From positions 1-64,000 of the IMG/VR virus record IMGVR_UViG_3300032236_000656: DNA of 64,000 nt. One strand, written 5' to 3'. Each line of letters starts with the position of its first letter. Positions within the stretch are counted from its first letter, which is position 1. A model generated the notes under the pieces. It saw only the letters and a program-made list of their open reading frames with translations. It ran no database searches and had not been told where the DNA came from. The stretch is from a virus. Positions 9,997-20,062 of this stretch are shown here, piece after piece. A program made the position numbers and the translations under genes.

Positions 9997-10267
9997 TAGA
10001 ATGTTTATGGTTGTAAAGCATATTAAGGTCTTGCGTAATTCTAGCAGACCACAAGAAGGATTTATTGATAATGAATCATTCCACATCACTAAGAACATAA
10101 AGAAGAAAGATTTGACTGAAGCAAGTATTATTCTTGATATTCCAAATCAAAAGATTGTTAAGAATAGATTCAGTGAACGTACTTTTGACGATCTTTTCAA
10201 GTATATGTCTGAACATTATAGCGACTACATTAATAAGTGGTTACGTTCTAATACTAATGTCAGTTAA
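9989..10267 (+). CDS. Hypothetical protein
   Basis: Coupled ORF starting MSNRMF. Confidence 0.6.
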   Translation: MSNRMFMVVKHIKVLRNSSRPQEGFIDNESFHITKNIKKKDLTEASIILDIPNQKIVKNRFSERTFDDLFKYMSEHYSDYINKWLRSNTNVS

Positions 10268-10616
10268 AGGTAATCGATTGGCGAGTTTTAGTGAATATTT
10301 TGCAGACAATTTTCCTAAACCTCGCAAGCATAAGTTCACAGATAAACAAAAGAAACTGTTACGTCCAATTGCAGAAGTAATTGCACTTATGGATGGCAAT
10401 GGTTTCTTTGGTATTAGTAGCGATGAGAATGGAGAAGATATTTGGTATGAACAGTATCTTCCCGAAGCATATGTAATCTATAAAGAAAATGGAGGCGACA
10501 AGGGGTGGGCTAGTGCTGTCAGTTGGATACAAGAATCCAAGCATGAAAATGCCTCAGTGCGTGATGCGTATCAGCACTGGCAACTTCTTAAAATATTAGC
10601 AAGAAAAACACTGTAG
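10257..10616 (+). CDS. Hypothetical protein
   Basis: Coupled ORF starting MSVKGN. Confidence 0.6.
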   Translation: MSVKGNRLASFSEYFADNFPKPRKHKFTDKQKKLLRPIAEVIALMDGNGFFGISSDENGEDIWYEQYLPEAYVIYKENGGDKGWASAVSWIQESKHENASVRDAYQHWQLLKILARKTL

Positions 10617-10636
10617 GGCGCCCTACAGTTAATTTT
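10610..10636. terminator. Bidirectional terminator (20-bp perfect palindrome) between convergent genes
   Basis: actgtagggcgccctacagt flanked by an A-run and a T-run. Confidence 0.75.
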
Positions 10637-11361
10637 TATTCGCCGTAAATGTTTAGAATTTCTTCAACAGCAGGATGACGTTCAATGTCTTTGTTATTAA
10701 ACAAGATTGAACTTACATATTTGCTGTTTTCAAATTCTGCTAACAATTTTCTAAAATCTAATAGACCGTTTTCACCTTCCTTTCTATCAGTTTGACGAAC
10801 ATCGCCTGTTACTAAGATACGACTATTCTCACCTATACGAGTCAGTAGCATCTTCATTTGATTGGGTGTTGCGTTCTGCATTTCATCTGCAATTATGTAG
10901 CAGTTTTTGAATGTACGACCACGCATGAATGCCAATGGGCAAATTTCAATTATGTCATTTTCTAACATAGATTGAGTATCACGCGGTGTGTAATATTCAT
11001 GCAACACATCGAAGAGCGGCTTAGTCCATGGTTCCATCTTTTGTTGAAGAGTACCTGGCAAGAAACCGTGCTTCTCATCTTCTACGCCTACTGCTGGGCG
11101 AGTAAGTATTATTTTTGTTATCTGGCGTTCTTTCAGTGCTTTAATAGCTGCCATCATGGCCAGCAGAGTTTTGCCTGTTCCAGCGGGTCCAGTTGCTATA
11201 ATAATACTTTTCTTAGAGTCTAGTAGTAGGCTTAGATAATGTTCTTGATTTAAGTTTCGAGGAATAATTTCAACTCGATTCTTTTTTTGAGGATTTTGTA
11301 AGTAGGGTTCAATATGTGTGACGTTGCTGATAAACTTTTCCTTGTGTTTACGCTTTTGCAT
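10636..11361 (-). CDS. phoH: PhoH-like ATPase
   Basis: GPAGTGKT, LTRPAV, GFLPG, PLAFMRGRTF, IIADEMQN, TGDVRQTD and RHP motifs; TAAATA on the minus strand at 11408-11413. Confidence 0.95.
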   Translation of the reverse strand: MQKRKHKEKFISNVTHIEPYLQNPQKKNRVEIIPRNLNQEHYLSLLLDSKKSIIIATGPAGTGKTLLAMMAAIKALKERQITKIILTRPAVGVEDEKHGFLPGTLQQKMEPWTKPLFDVLHEYYTPRDTQSMLENDIIEICPLAFMRGRTFKNCYIIADEMQNATPNQMKMLLTRIGENSRILVTGDVRQTDRKEGENGLLDFRKLLAEFENSKYVSSILFNNKDIERHPAVEEILNIYGE

Positions 11362-11515
11362 ATATTTGTGTTCTCCCGGAGCGTTGTTGAATGTTGTTGC
11401 TCAAAATTATTTAAGTACTTGTTCAAAAGAGTTATCAATACACATATCTTTTGACTCGAACGGCATAATTTATATTACTTGATTGTTATCGTGCTACATG
11501 GATAAATATTATACC

Positions 11516-12118
11516 ATGGCAGATATCATTGACAACGTAAAAAATATTAAGAAGATTTATATGAGCGATTCCAGTCTTGGGATGCTTATGGATTTCGAGC
11601 GTGTACTCGATAGCATGGATCTTTATGCTTTTCCAAATTGGATTTATGGAGAATTAGTTGAAGGTCCTACCGTTAACAAATATTGGGTAAAATGCAAATT
11701 TATGTGGCCTGAGAATCTTATGCCCGATCCCAGTGGTGCGAAACGATTATTGCCATATGGCGCAAAGATTACCTATCAGAGAGACACTGTCAGAATTCCC
11801 ATAAAAATTAATAGTCCCAACGATTATCGTGATGGCAGTAAAAAAGGTAAACTTGTAGAAGCCAAAGTTTGGTACGTTGATATTATGATGCCAAAGAATT
11901 TGATGGCTGATATTAAGCAGGGTTCAGTTGAAATTGCAGGTGAAGATATTGATCTAAGTGATCTACAGAGTGCTTACGAAAAAGACCTAGATCAGAAGTC
12001 AATAACTCAACAAGATTCTGAAGCAGCAATTAATTCAGCGACTGCACAGGCAACTCCTGGCGGAGCACAACAGCAAACAGCACCTGCAGGAGGAGCACCC
12101 AATGCGCCAACTTTCTGA
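11516..12118 (+). CDS. Conserved hypothetical phage protein (late promoter at 11503)
   Basis: ORF with TAAATA 7 nt upstream of the ATG. Confidence 0.7.
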   Translation: MADIIDNVKNIKKIYMSDSSLGMLMDFERVLDSMDLYAFPNWIYGELVEGPTVNKYWVKCKFMWPENLMPDPSGAKRLLPYGAKITYQRDTVRIPIKINSPNDYRDGSKKGKLVEAKVWYVDIMMPKNLMADIKQGSVEIAGEDIDLSDLQSAYEKDLDQKSITQQDSEAAINSATAQATPGGAQQQTAPAGGAPNAPTF

Positions 12119-12620
12119 AGGTCTTAATAAAGAAGATTTAATCTACCTTGTTGGCGATAAAATTCACTTTGATGAATATGAAAGCAAGATGGGTGAGAAT
12201 CAAGATGTTATAACTGCTAGTTTTAAGATTAAGCAGCGTATGCCTGCACAGGATTTAGTCAGTTTCATTGAAAATGGATACGAATGGGTACTTGATGCTG
12301 ATGTTAGCAGTGGTGAAGTTCACGATGGTGAATTTTTAGTGTTTGTTGAAATGCCTCGTCAAGAAGGTATATTTGAAAATATGATGGAGTTGCTGTCTGA
12401 TTTACAACATTTAACTGATATTAAATTAACTGAATGGAAGTTTAAATGGTACAAGCAAAAAGATTATCATCCATTAGATGAAGAAACTATTTCGCAGTTT
12501 GTGCCGACTAGTCCTGAAAAATACAAAGAGTTTACCGAACAGTTTAAGCCTTTTGTTAAAAATCAAGAAGCACTTAGCGATGAATTAGCACAAATTAAAA
12601 AATTAAGTGGAATAGGATAA
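12102..12620 (+). CDS. Hypothetical protein with N-terminal MRQLSE tag
   Basis: SD GGAG; ORF. Confidence 0.7.
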   Translation: MRQLSEGLNKEDLIYLVGDKIHFDEYESKMGENQDVITASFKIKQRMPAQDLVSFIENGYEWVLDADVSSGEVHDGEFLVFVEMPRQEGIFENMMELLSDLQHLTDIKLTEWKFKWYKQKDYHPLDEETISQFVPTSPEKYKEFTEQFKPFVKNQEALSDELAQIKKLSGIG

Positions 12621-12624
12621 TCAA

Positions 12625-13023
12625 ATGTTTGGAGGCGGTATGTACAAAATTATAGCAATAATACTTGTAGTACTTGCTGCTGTTGGGTATTTTAAATATA
12701 CTCAAGATAAAATAGCAGAACTTAATCAAACAGTAGCCACTAAGGAATTTGCATTGCAAACTGCTACTGCAACTATTGCTCAACAACAAGAAGATTTAAA
12801 ACGCCAAGGCGAAATATTACAAAAAACAAGTAAAGATTTTGAAGATGCTCGTGCTGCCGTTAACGAACTTGAAGATAAGTTTCGCAAGGACGGCAGAGAT
12901 TTAGATAAGTTTGCCACAGCAAAACCTGGAGAAGTTCAAACTAGAGCCAATGCAGCAACTAAAAAAGTATTCCGTTGCATTGAGAACCAAATCAATAAAG
13001 GAAAGCAGGATGAAAGTTGCTAA
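12625..13023 (+). CDS. Inner-membrane spanin (Rz-like)
   Basis: N-terminal TM helix, long coiled coil and C-terminal Cys; overlaps the lipoprotein gene. Confidence 0.7.
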   Translation: MFGGGMYKIIAIILVVLAAVGYFKYTQDKIAELNQTVATKEFALQTATATIAQQQEDLKRQGEILQKTSKDFEDARAAVNELEDKFRKDGRDLDKFATAKPGEVQTRANAATKKVFRCIENQINKGKQDESC

Positions 13024-13402
13024 ATTATTTGCCAGTTTTATTCTGGTAACAGCATTAGCAGGGTGTGCAGGAACACCCGCTCCAACTACTGCAATCGTAC
13101 AAGTTGATAAGCCTGCTATGATGTTACCTAATGTAGATCAAGTGCGTCTTAAAGATGTAGAATGGCATGTCATAACACGAGATGCAAAACTAGGAACTGA
13201 TGGTCATATCGATAATGTATGGAAAAAAGCAACTAAAGATAGTTTATTTGCTGTTACAAGTACAGGATATGAAAATATGAGTTTGAATATGGCTGAAATG
13301 ACAAGAGTCATTAGGCAAATGCAGGCACAAGTGCAGGCATACAAAGATTACTATCAAAAAGAACCAGCACCTAAGGAAGACCCAAATGGCCAAAAAAAGT
13401 AA
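13010..13402 (+). CDS. Outer-membrane spanin lipoprotein (Rz1-like)
   Basis: Signal peptide with lipobox LAGC followed by a Pro-rich stretch. Confidence 0.72.
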   Translation: MKVAKLFASFILVTALAGCAGTPAPTTAIVQVDKPAMMLPNVDQVRLKDVEWHVITRDAKLGTDGHIDNVWKKATKDSLFAVTSTGYENMSLNMAEMTRVIRQMQAQVQAYKDYYQKEPAPKEDPNGQKK

Positions 13403-13991
13403 TAAAGGTGTAGAGGATATTGATCCAGATCTCGTAGCCCCAAAGATGGCTATGGACGAAGTTGATGCGCTGCATAGCAACGATCCTCTACCACCACCTC
13501 CTCCTCCCCCACCACCAATGCCTGATATGGCTCCACCACCTCCCCCTATGCCAATGATGGCAGCGCCTACTCCTTTACCAGTTGCGCCTCCTCCGCCGCC
13601 CCCGTCATTTGGCAGCACACCATCATTTGGTGCTGCGCCATCTGGACCTGCTCAACCACAAAGCAGTTATCAGCAACAAGTAAATGCAGATATTGATAAA
13701 GCAATTATTACTCAGCAATTAGAAAAAGAAAATGAGCACTGGGCAAAGGCATTTTGGCGTCCTGCAATGGGATGGCTATATATGGTCATTTGTTTCATGG
13801 ACTTTGTTGGATTTCCATTACTAACTATTTTCCTACCTGTAATTTTTAAACCATTTGGATTCACTGTTCCATATCAGACATGGACCAGTTTAACTCTTTC
13901 AAATGGCGGCCTAATACATTTAGCATTTGGTGCTATATTAGGCGTAAGCGCATTTACAAGAGGACAAGAAAAAATGTCAGGGAAAGTATAA
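13386..13991 (+). CDS. Holin (GTA 3TM-type) with long Pro-rich N-terminal extension
   Basis: WRPAMGWLYMVIC...LIHLAFGAILGVSAFTRGQEK; adjacent to the spanins. Confidence 0.7.
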   Translation: MAKKSNKGVEDIDPDLVAPKMAMDEVDALHSNDPLPPPPPPPPPMPDMAPPPPPMPMMAAPTPLPVAPPPPPPSFGSTPSFGAAPSGPAQPQSSYQQQVNADIDKAIITQQLEKENEHWAKAFWRPAMGWLYMVICFMDFVGFPLLTIFLPVIFKPFGFTVPYQTWTSLTLSNGGLIHLAFGAILGVSAFTRGQEKMSGKV

Positions 13992-14006
13992 GTCATAAAT
14001 TAGTGT

Positions 14007-14834
14007 ATGACACATTATGCAACACTGGGAGTAGCAGATTCTGCTACTCCTGAAGAAATCAAATCTGCTTATAGAAAATTAGCAAAACAACATCATCCCG
14101 ATTTAGGAGGAGATGTTACAAAATTTCAACAAATCAGTGAAGCATATGAAACACTGAATGATGCTGATAAACGTGCTCACTATGATCACCAATTAAGAAA
14201 TCCGCAACCTCAGTTTCATCATAATCCTCATGATATATTCAATGATATCAATGACCATTTTAGTCAAATGTTTGGATTTAATTTTCGTCATGCACAACAG
14301 GTTCCACGCAATCGTAATATAAGAATTCAGTTAACTTTAGATTTCTTAGAAACATTAGATGTATGTCAAAAGACTATCGAATTTAATTTAAGTAATGGCA
14401 CGGAAAGAATTACATTAGATTTGCCTGCAGGCATAAGCGATCAAACAGTATTGCAAATGGCTGGTAGAGGCGACAATGCTATTCAATCAGTTCCAAGAGG
14501 TACATTAGAAATAGTAGTTAAGGTAACACCCCATCCTAAGTTTACTAGAATAGAAGATCATATTATTACTGATGTCACAATAGATTGTTTTCAAGCAATT
14601 GTTGGAACTGAAGTTGATATTACAACACCAAGAAATAGAAGAATAAGATTGAATATTCCTACCGGAACTCAAAACGGAACACAATTTGGAATAACTGATG
14701 AAGGTTTTGCTCGGTTCAATAAAACTATGGGAAAACTTATTGTAAAGGTAAGTGTATTGATTCCCACTGCATTAACATCTGATCAAATTAATTTAGTACA
14801 ACAGATTCAGTCGCTGCGGCCGGTAAATACTTGA
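14007..14834 (+). CDS. dnaJ: DnaJ/CbpA-type co-chaperone (no Zn finger)
   Basis: J-domain YATLGV..IKSAYRKLAKQHHPD plus DnaJ C-terminal domain. Confidence 0.92.
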   Translation: MTHYATLGVADSATPEEIKSAYRKLAKQHHPDLGGDVTKFQQISEAYETLNDADKRAHYDHQLRNPQPQFHHNPHDIFNDINDHFSQMFGFNFRHAQQVPRNRNIRIQLTLDFLETLDVCQKTIEFNLSNGTERITLDLPAGISDQTVLQMAGRGDNAIQSVPRGTLEIVVKVTPHPKFTRIEDHIITDVTIDCFQAIVGTEVDITTPRNRRIRLNIPTGTQNGTQFGITDEGFARFNKTMGKLIVKVSVLIPTALTSDQINLVQQIQSLRPVNT

Positions 14835-14859
14835 CACAATGCTTATGCATTGCTATATT
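14831..14859 (+). promoter_or_regulatory. sigma70-type promoter TTGACA-17-TATATT (TAAATA also at 14824)
   Basis: Consensus match directly upstream of clpA. Confidence 0.65.
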
Positions 14860-14867
14860 TGTAAGTG

Positions 14868-17108
14868 ATGAAACAGATTTATAGTTCAAACGGCGATATA
14901 GATAAAATTGTAAAAGCTGCTCGCGAGTATGCTAAAGAATTCAATCATGAATATTTCATGGTTGAGCACCTACTACTCAGTTTAGTACATGAACGTCATT
15001 TTAATAGTTTGTTAGATGAACTGGGTGTACAAACTAGTCTCTTAATTGAAGAAATCGAAGCATATCTATTAACAATTAATGTATATGCTAACGAAGATGT
15101 GCAGGACGATTTAAAGAAAACCGCCAGTTTAGAACGTGTTTTCAATCGTGCTTTTACTCAAGTAATTTTTAGTGGCAGAAAACAAATCAATTTGATTGAT
15201 CTGTATCTAAGTATTACTAACGAAACACACAGCCATGCTGCTCATTTCCTACAGAAATATGGTGTAGAGAAGGAAGAGGTTGTAAAGAGTTGGACTAAGC
15301 AGCGTAAGGGCAAAACTAATAAGAGTTATGCCGAAAAAGTTCTCGAAAATTATTGTACGAATATGATGACTCTTGCTGGTGAAGGACGTATAGATCCTGT
15401 TATCGGCAGAGATATGGAAATTCATGATCTTGTACAGATTCTAGCAAGGAAGAATAAGAGCAATGTTCTATTGGTCGGCGACGCTGGCGTTGGTAAGACT
15501 GCTATCGCAGAGGGCTTAGTATTAAAAATTGTTGATGACGATGTACCAGAATTCTTAAAGGGTTGGAAGGTATACAGTCTTAATATTGGGCAGTTACTTG
15601 CTGGCACAAAGTATCGTGGTGAATTTGAAGAAAGATTACAAGAAATTCTAACTGCTGCTCAAGACATGAAGAATGTTATTCTCTTCATTGATGAAGCACA
15701 TCAGATGCGTGGTGCCGGCGGCGGCAATAATAGTGCTGTTGATTTGGCCAATATGATTAAGCCTGCACTTGCTCGTGGCGAGATCAAAGTAATTGCATCC
15801 ACAACTTGGGAAGAATACACTCAGAATTTCGAAAAAGATCGTGCATTAATGCGTCGATTTAATAGAATTTCAGTTGACGAACCTAGTGCTGCTGTTGCCA
15901 TTCAAATTTTAGAAGGTATTCGTGACAATTACGAAGGCTTTCATAATGTTGAAATTACTGATGCAGCAATTAAAGCCGCAGTTGAATTAAGTATTCGTTT
16001 CCAAAACGACAAGAAGTTGCCAGATAAGGCAATTGACTTAATCGACAGTGCGGCTGCGTTGAAGCGCAGTACTGATGCAGTTGATCGTCTAATCGATGTT
16101 GTACAGATTCAACGTGAGATTAGTCGTATGACAGGTATTCCTGTTAACCAAATGGAAGAACAAAAGAACAGTGTTGATATTTCAACAGTTGAGACTGATA
16201 TTAAGCATCGTGTTTATGGTCAGGATACTGCTGTTGATCAAATATTAGATCGAGTATGGGTCAACCGTGCCGGTCTTAAGAGTAATAATCGCCCAGTTGG
16301 TGCTTTCCTCCTACTTGGTCCAACTGGCACAGGTAAAACAGAACTTGCTAAGACACTAAGCGAAAGACTTAGTATGAAGTTTATTCGCTTTGATATGAGT
16401 GAATACGGCGAGCGACATAGTGTTAGCCGTTTGATTGGTGCACCTCCTGGCTACGTTGGCTATGAGGATGCTAACTTGGCTGGTGGTCTGCTCATAAGTG
16501 AGGTTGCTAAGAATCCTCATGCCGTTATCTTGTTTGATGAGATAGAAAAAGCACATCCGGAAGTGGTCCAGATTCTGCTACAGATTATGGACGAGGGGTT
16601 TGTAACGGGCTCTAACGGCAAGCGAGCAGACTGCCGCCAAGCAATTATTCTATTAACAAGTAATTTAGGTGCTGCTGATAACGAACGTAATCGTATTGGA
16701 TTTAGTTCGCTTGAACGTACAGGAGAAGATGATGCTGCTGTTAAGGAATTCTTCCGTCCTGAATTTAGAAATCGTTTAGATGCAGTTATTAAATTCAATA
16801 AACTTAATAAAGAAACTATTAAGAAAGTTGCAGGCAAATTCATTGCTGAAATGCAAACTCAACTAATTGACAAGGATATGTCAGTTGAGTTAGATGAAAC
16901 TGCTTGGGAGTATCTTATTAAGAATGGCTATGATCCACAAATGGGTGCAAGGCCAATGGCAAGACTGATACATGAGAAAATTAAAGTTCCTCTGGCTAAG
17001 AAAATACTGTTTGACAACTTGTCTAACGGTGTTATAATTAAGGTCAGCGCCGTTGGCGACGAAGTGGAGCTGTCAGTTGGACAAGAATCAATACCTACAG
17101 AAGTTTAA
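14868..17108 (+). CDS. clpA: ClpA-like AAA+ unfoldase
   Basis: Clp N-domain, two Walker A motifs (GDAGVGKT, GPTGTGKT), RLIGAPPGYVG, IGF ClpP-docking loop. Confidence 0.93.
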   Translation: MKQIYSSNGDIDKIVKAAREYAKEFNHEYFMVEHLLLSLVHERHFNSLLDELGVQTSLLIEEIEAYLLTINVYANEDVQDDLKKTASLERVFNRAFTQVIFSGRKQINLIDLYLSITNETHSHAAHFLQKYGVEKEEVVKSWTKQRKGKTNKSYAEKVLENYCTNMMTLAGEGRIDPVIGRDMEIHDLVQILARKNKSNVLLVGDAGVGKTAIAEGLVLKIVDDDVPEFLKGWKVYSLNIGQLLAGTKYRGEFEERLQEILTAAQDMKNVILFIDEAHQMRGAGGGNNSAVDLANMIKPALARGEIKVIASTTWEEYTQNFEKDRALMRRFNRISVDEPSAAVAIQILEGIRDNYEGFHNVEITDAAIKAAVELSIRFQNDKKLPDKAIDLIDSAAALKRSTDAVDRLIDVVQIQREISRMTGIPVNQMEEQKNSVDISTVETDIKHRVYGQDTAVDQILDRVWVNRAGLKSNNRPVGAFLLLGPTGTGKTELAKTLSERLSMKFIRFDMSEYGERHSVSRLIGAPPGYVGYEDANLAGGLLISEVAKNPHAVILFDEIEKAHPEVVQILLQIMDEGFVTGSNGKRADCRQAIILLTSNLGAADNERNRIGFSSLERTGEDDAAVKEFFRPEFRNRLDAVIKFNKLNKETIKKVAGKFIAEMQTQLIDKDMSVELDETAWEYLIKNGYDPQMGARPMARLIHEKIKVPLAKKILFDNLSNGVIIKVSAVGDEVELSVGQESIPTEV

Positions 17109-17775
17109 AGACTTAGGTCTCCAAACTTGGCGTATTAGGCAAGTTGATCAAACTTGGTATAAGCAGCGTTTTGAGTGGAAGATTGAGTTTAACTTTTCTA
17201 CCCAAGATAAAAGTTATGGTAGATATATGGTTGATCACCGTTGGGTACAATTGTTGCGTGAATGCGAAGTACTTAATTTTGAATTTCGCAAACGTCGTGA
17301 AGTGTGGACTACTATCTATACAAGCGACAGCAATTTGATCAATCATATTTTGGATAGAGAAGAATATAGAACTGCGATTGTTAGTTTGGAATATACTAAT
17401 GATCTTTATATAAAAGAGCGCGGCAATCAAACTCAATTGGAAGCCGTCACTGATATCAAGTACGTTAAGCATCCAACTGAATTTTGTTATCATGTTTATC
17501 TTGGTAATTTTGAATGGGAAGATAATTCTGTTAAACAACCGTTAACAGAATATCTTGCTGCAAATAGTAATGATTTTTTGTTTAAGGGGTATTACCAAGA
17601 GGTAATAGACCGATGTAAAAAACATGTTGATCTTAGAGACTACTCTGGTAGATATCGTGGGGTATATGATGGTTTTAACTTCTTTGCTAAAAACACAGAT
17701 GATATTCTAATGTTACATATGATCGCCCCCGGCAAGATTCGTAAAATTATTAAACTTATGGAGAAGGTAAATTGA
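17077..17775 (+). CDS. Hypothetical protein
   Basis: TTG start after GGAG (start uncertain); TTGACA-16-TATAAT promoter at 17011-17038 inside clpA. Confidence 0.6.
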   Translation: MDKNQYLQKFKDLGLQTWRIRQVDQTWYKQRFEWKIEFNFSTQDKSYGRYMVDHRWVQLLRECEVLNFEFRKRREVWTTIYTSDSNLINHILDREEYRTAIVSLEYTNDLYIKERGNQTQLEAVTDIKYVKHPTEFCYHVYLGNFEWEDNSVKQPLTEYLAANSNDFLFKGYYQEVIDRCKKHVDLRDYSGRYRGVYDGFNFFAKNTDDILMLHMIAPGKIRKIIKLMEKVN

Positions 17776-18110
17776 AAGTAACGCTCGCACAGGCATTAAT
17801 CGAACGTGGTATCCTAGCCAATAATAGCCGTATTTGGGCTACTTGCCCAATCTTAGCAATGGGCAATGCACCAACTGAAGCATATATTCCTTTAACAGTT
17901 GATCGCATTGTACACGAAGATGGCACAATTAAGTTTCAAGCAGTTCATACATCCGGGCGTAAGTATAGTATTCCCTGCGAAGAAGTTGATAAGATTGACG
18001 GGATGGCACCAGAACGACTAGCAGCAGCATATGATATTAAACCAAATGGCAATACTAAGACAGCAGGTAAGAAGCGAGGCCGTAAGCCAAAAGCATTGCT
18101 AGAAGTGTGA
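17772..18110 (+). CDS. Hypothetical protein with basic AT-hook-like C-terminus (KKRGRKPK)
   Basis: Coupled ORF. Confidence 0.6.
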   Translation: MKVTLAQALIERGILANNSRIWATCPILAMGNAPTEAYIPLTVDRIVHEDGTIKFQAVHTSGRKYSIPCEEVDKIDGMAPERLAAAYDIKPNGNTKTAGKKRGRKPKALLEV

Positions 18111-18131
18111 TAAATACTTCAGGAGCACAAT

Positions 18132-18296
18132 ATGGCCAAACTTAATTCAGAAACTATAGAAATCAAAATTAGCGAACTGCTGAAGGACAATGCCGAAGCA
18201 GAAATGATGTTAGACAATACTCTAATTGCTCAATTGATTGAGGTTATTGAAACATTGGTTGGTGATAAAAGACTTGTGGAAGTAACACGAAAATGA
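18132..18296 (+). CDS. Small hypothetical protein (54 aa, not in ORF track)
   Basis: TAAATA at 18111, SD AGGAG, MAKLNSETIEIKISELLKD...; ATGA overlap with the next gene. Confidence 0.7.
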   Translation: MAKLNSETIEIKISELLKDNAEAEMMLDNTLIAQLIEVIETLVGDKRLVEVTRK

Positions 18297-18703
18297 GTAT
18301 TGTACCAACAGTGATACTTAATCAAACATCATTTGGAGCAGCAAATGGATCAGGTAGTGGTGGTAATCCTCCTACTATTGGCGGGGGCGGCAGTTATAAT
18401 GGCACGGACTTAGATTGGTATACTACAGGATATCATGCTAACGGCTATTATGGTTATTCAGACGGTCTACAAACAGTAAGTTATAAATTAACAAATTTTG
18501 TTGGAACTATTGGTGTGCAAGCAACACTTGCCACTAATCCTACATCAGACGATTGGTTTGATGTTCCCAACACACAGATTGGAGATGGTGAAACTCCAGT
18601 TACAACTTCAACTTATTCTAACTTCATCGGAAGTTTTGTATGGATTAGAATTGCTGTTACCAATTTCACTGCTGGTACTATTAATAAAGTACTATATAAT
18701 TAA
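18293..18703 (+). CDS. Probable virion structural beta-protein
   Basis: Late operon; GVQATLATNP..DWF..FVWIR pattern. Confidence 0.55.
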   Translation: MSIVPTVILNQTSFGAANGSGSGGNPPTIGGGGSYNGTDLDWYTTGYHANGYYGYSDGLQTVSYKLTNFVGTIGVQATLATNPTSDDWFDVPNTQIGDGETPVTTSTYSNFIGSFVWIRIAVTNFTAGTINKVLYN

Positions 18704-18728
18704 AATCAACTAGAAAGAGTTTCAATCA

Positions 18729-19583
18729 ATGTCAGAAGAAATTATCGAACCAAATACACATGGCTTACCTCCTGAGGTACTAGAATACCTTCGCAACACA
18801 CATATTCATTTTTGTTTACCGATGTATAATGGTGTTTGTAATGAAGCAACTTTTATTAGTATGATTAAGTTCAGTATCATTGCTGCTAAGTTAGGCATTA
18901 ACTACAGTATCGATACAATGGTTAATGAAAGTCTAATTACACGAGGTCGCAACAATCTAGTTGCAAAGTTCTTGTTTAATCAAGCAGCAACACACTTAAT
19001 GTTTATCGACGTCGATCTTGGATTTGATGCAGAGTCAATTCTAAGACTATTGGTTTCCAACAGAGATGTTGTTGGCGGTGTATATCCAATGAAGCGTATT
19101 CCAATTCGGTATGTCATCAATACAGTACCAAACCCTGTTGTAGATGGCGACTTAGTAGAAGTAAGCACATTGGGCACAGGTTTTATGTGCATTAAGCGTC
19201 AAGTAATTGAGCAGATGATTGCTGCACATCCTGAACTAAAGTATCGCGACAACATTGGTATTGGCGCACAGTATGAGCCACTTATGTATGGCCTATTTGA
19301 TACTATGATTGATCCTGACGGAAACTATCTATCAGAAGATTGGACATTCTGTTATCTATGGCGTTTGATGGGTGGTAAGGTATTTGCTGATACTGGCATT
19401 AAGTTAGATCATACTGGATATCACAAGTATGCAGGCGATCTTGAAGAACTTAAGAAAGTTTTAACTAATCAAATTTCTAATGGTGTCGGTGTTGGTGCTG
19501 ATAATAATGTCCCAAAGATTCAACTTAATCTAAATGATACAAGTGAAGTGGAAATTATCAGTAAGGAGAATTCATCCCAATGA
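18729..19583 (+). CDS. GT-A fold glycosyltransferase
   Basis: ESLITRGRNNLV..THLMFIDVD..GTGFMCIKR..YLSEDWTFC. Confidence 0.8.
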   Translation: MSEEIIEPNTHGLPPEVLEYLRNTHIHFCLPMYNGVCNEATFISMIKFSIIAAKLGINYSIDTMVNESLITRGRNNLVAKFLFNQAATHLMFIDVDLGFDAESILRLLVSNRDVVGGVYPMKRIPIRYVINTVPNPVVDGDLVEVSTLGTGFMCIKRQVIEQMIAAHPELKYRDNIGIGAQYEPLMYGLFDTMIDPDGNYLSEDWTFCYLWRLMGGKVFADTGIKLDHTGYHKYAGDLEELKKVLTNQISNGVGVGADNNVPKIQLNLNDTSEVEIISKENSSQ

Positions 19584-20047
19584 GCGACAATGTAGAATTT
19601 GAAATTTCTATGGCAGCACAATGGTGGCGCGATCCTCCAAAGGTTAACATTTACATAGATAATACCTTAGTGGATTTTGAAGTGTTCGTCGATGCATCAA
19701 AGGATAAAGATGAAACTAAAGTATTCAAATTCAACAAAGAATTAGAAGAAGGCGAACATTCTATCGTAGTTGAATATCTTAATAAGACAAATGCAGATAC
19801 TGTAATTGACGAAGAGGGAAACATCCTTAAGGATCAATTACTCTTTATTGAAAATGTAAGTATTGATGATATTGAACTAGGAAATGTAGTACGCAAATGC
19901 TCTGCATTTTATCCAACTGCTGAAAGATTGGCTTCATTAGATTGGTTAAATCCTGAACTTAAAGGTCAGATTGTTTCAGGTCATCCAGGCAAATGGATTT
20001 TGAAATTTTCTACTCCAACATATTTGTGGCTATTAGAGAACCTCTAA
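19580..20047 (+). CDS. Hypothetical protein
   Basis: SD and coupled ORF. Confidence 0.65.
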   Translation: MSDNVEFEISMAAQWWRDPPKVNIYIDNTLVDFEVFVDASKDKDETKVFKFNKELEEGEHSIVVEYLNKTNADTVIDEEGNILKDQLLFIENVSIDDIELGNVVRKCSAFYPTAERLASLDWLNPELKGQIVSGHPGKWILKFSTPTYLWLLENL

Positions 20048-20062
20048 TAGCATAAATATAAA

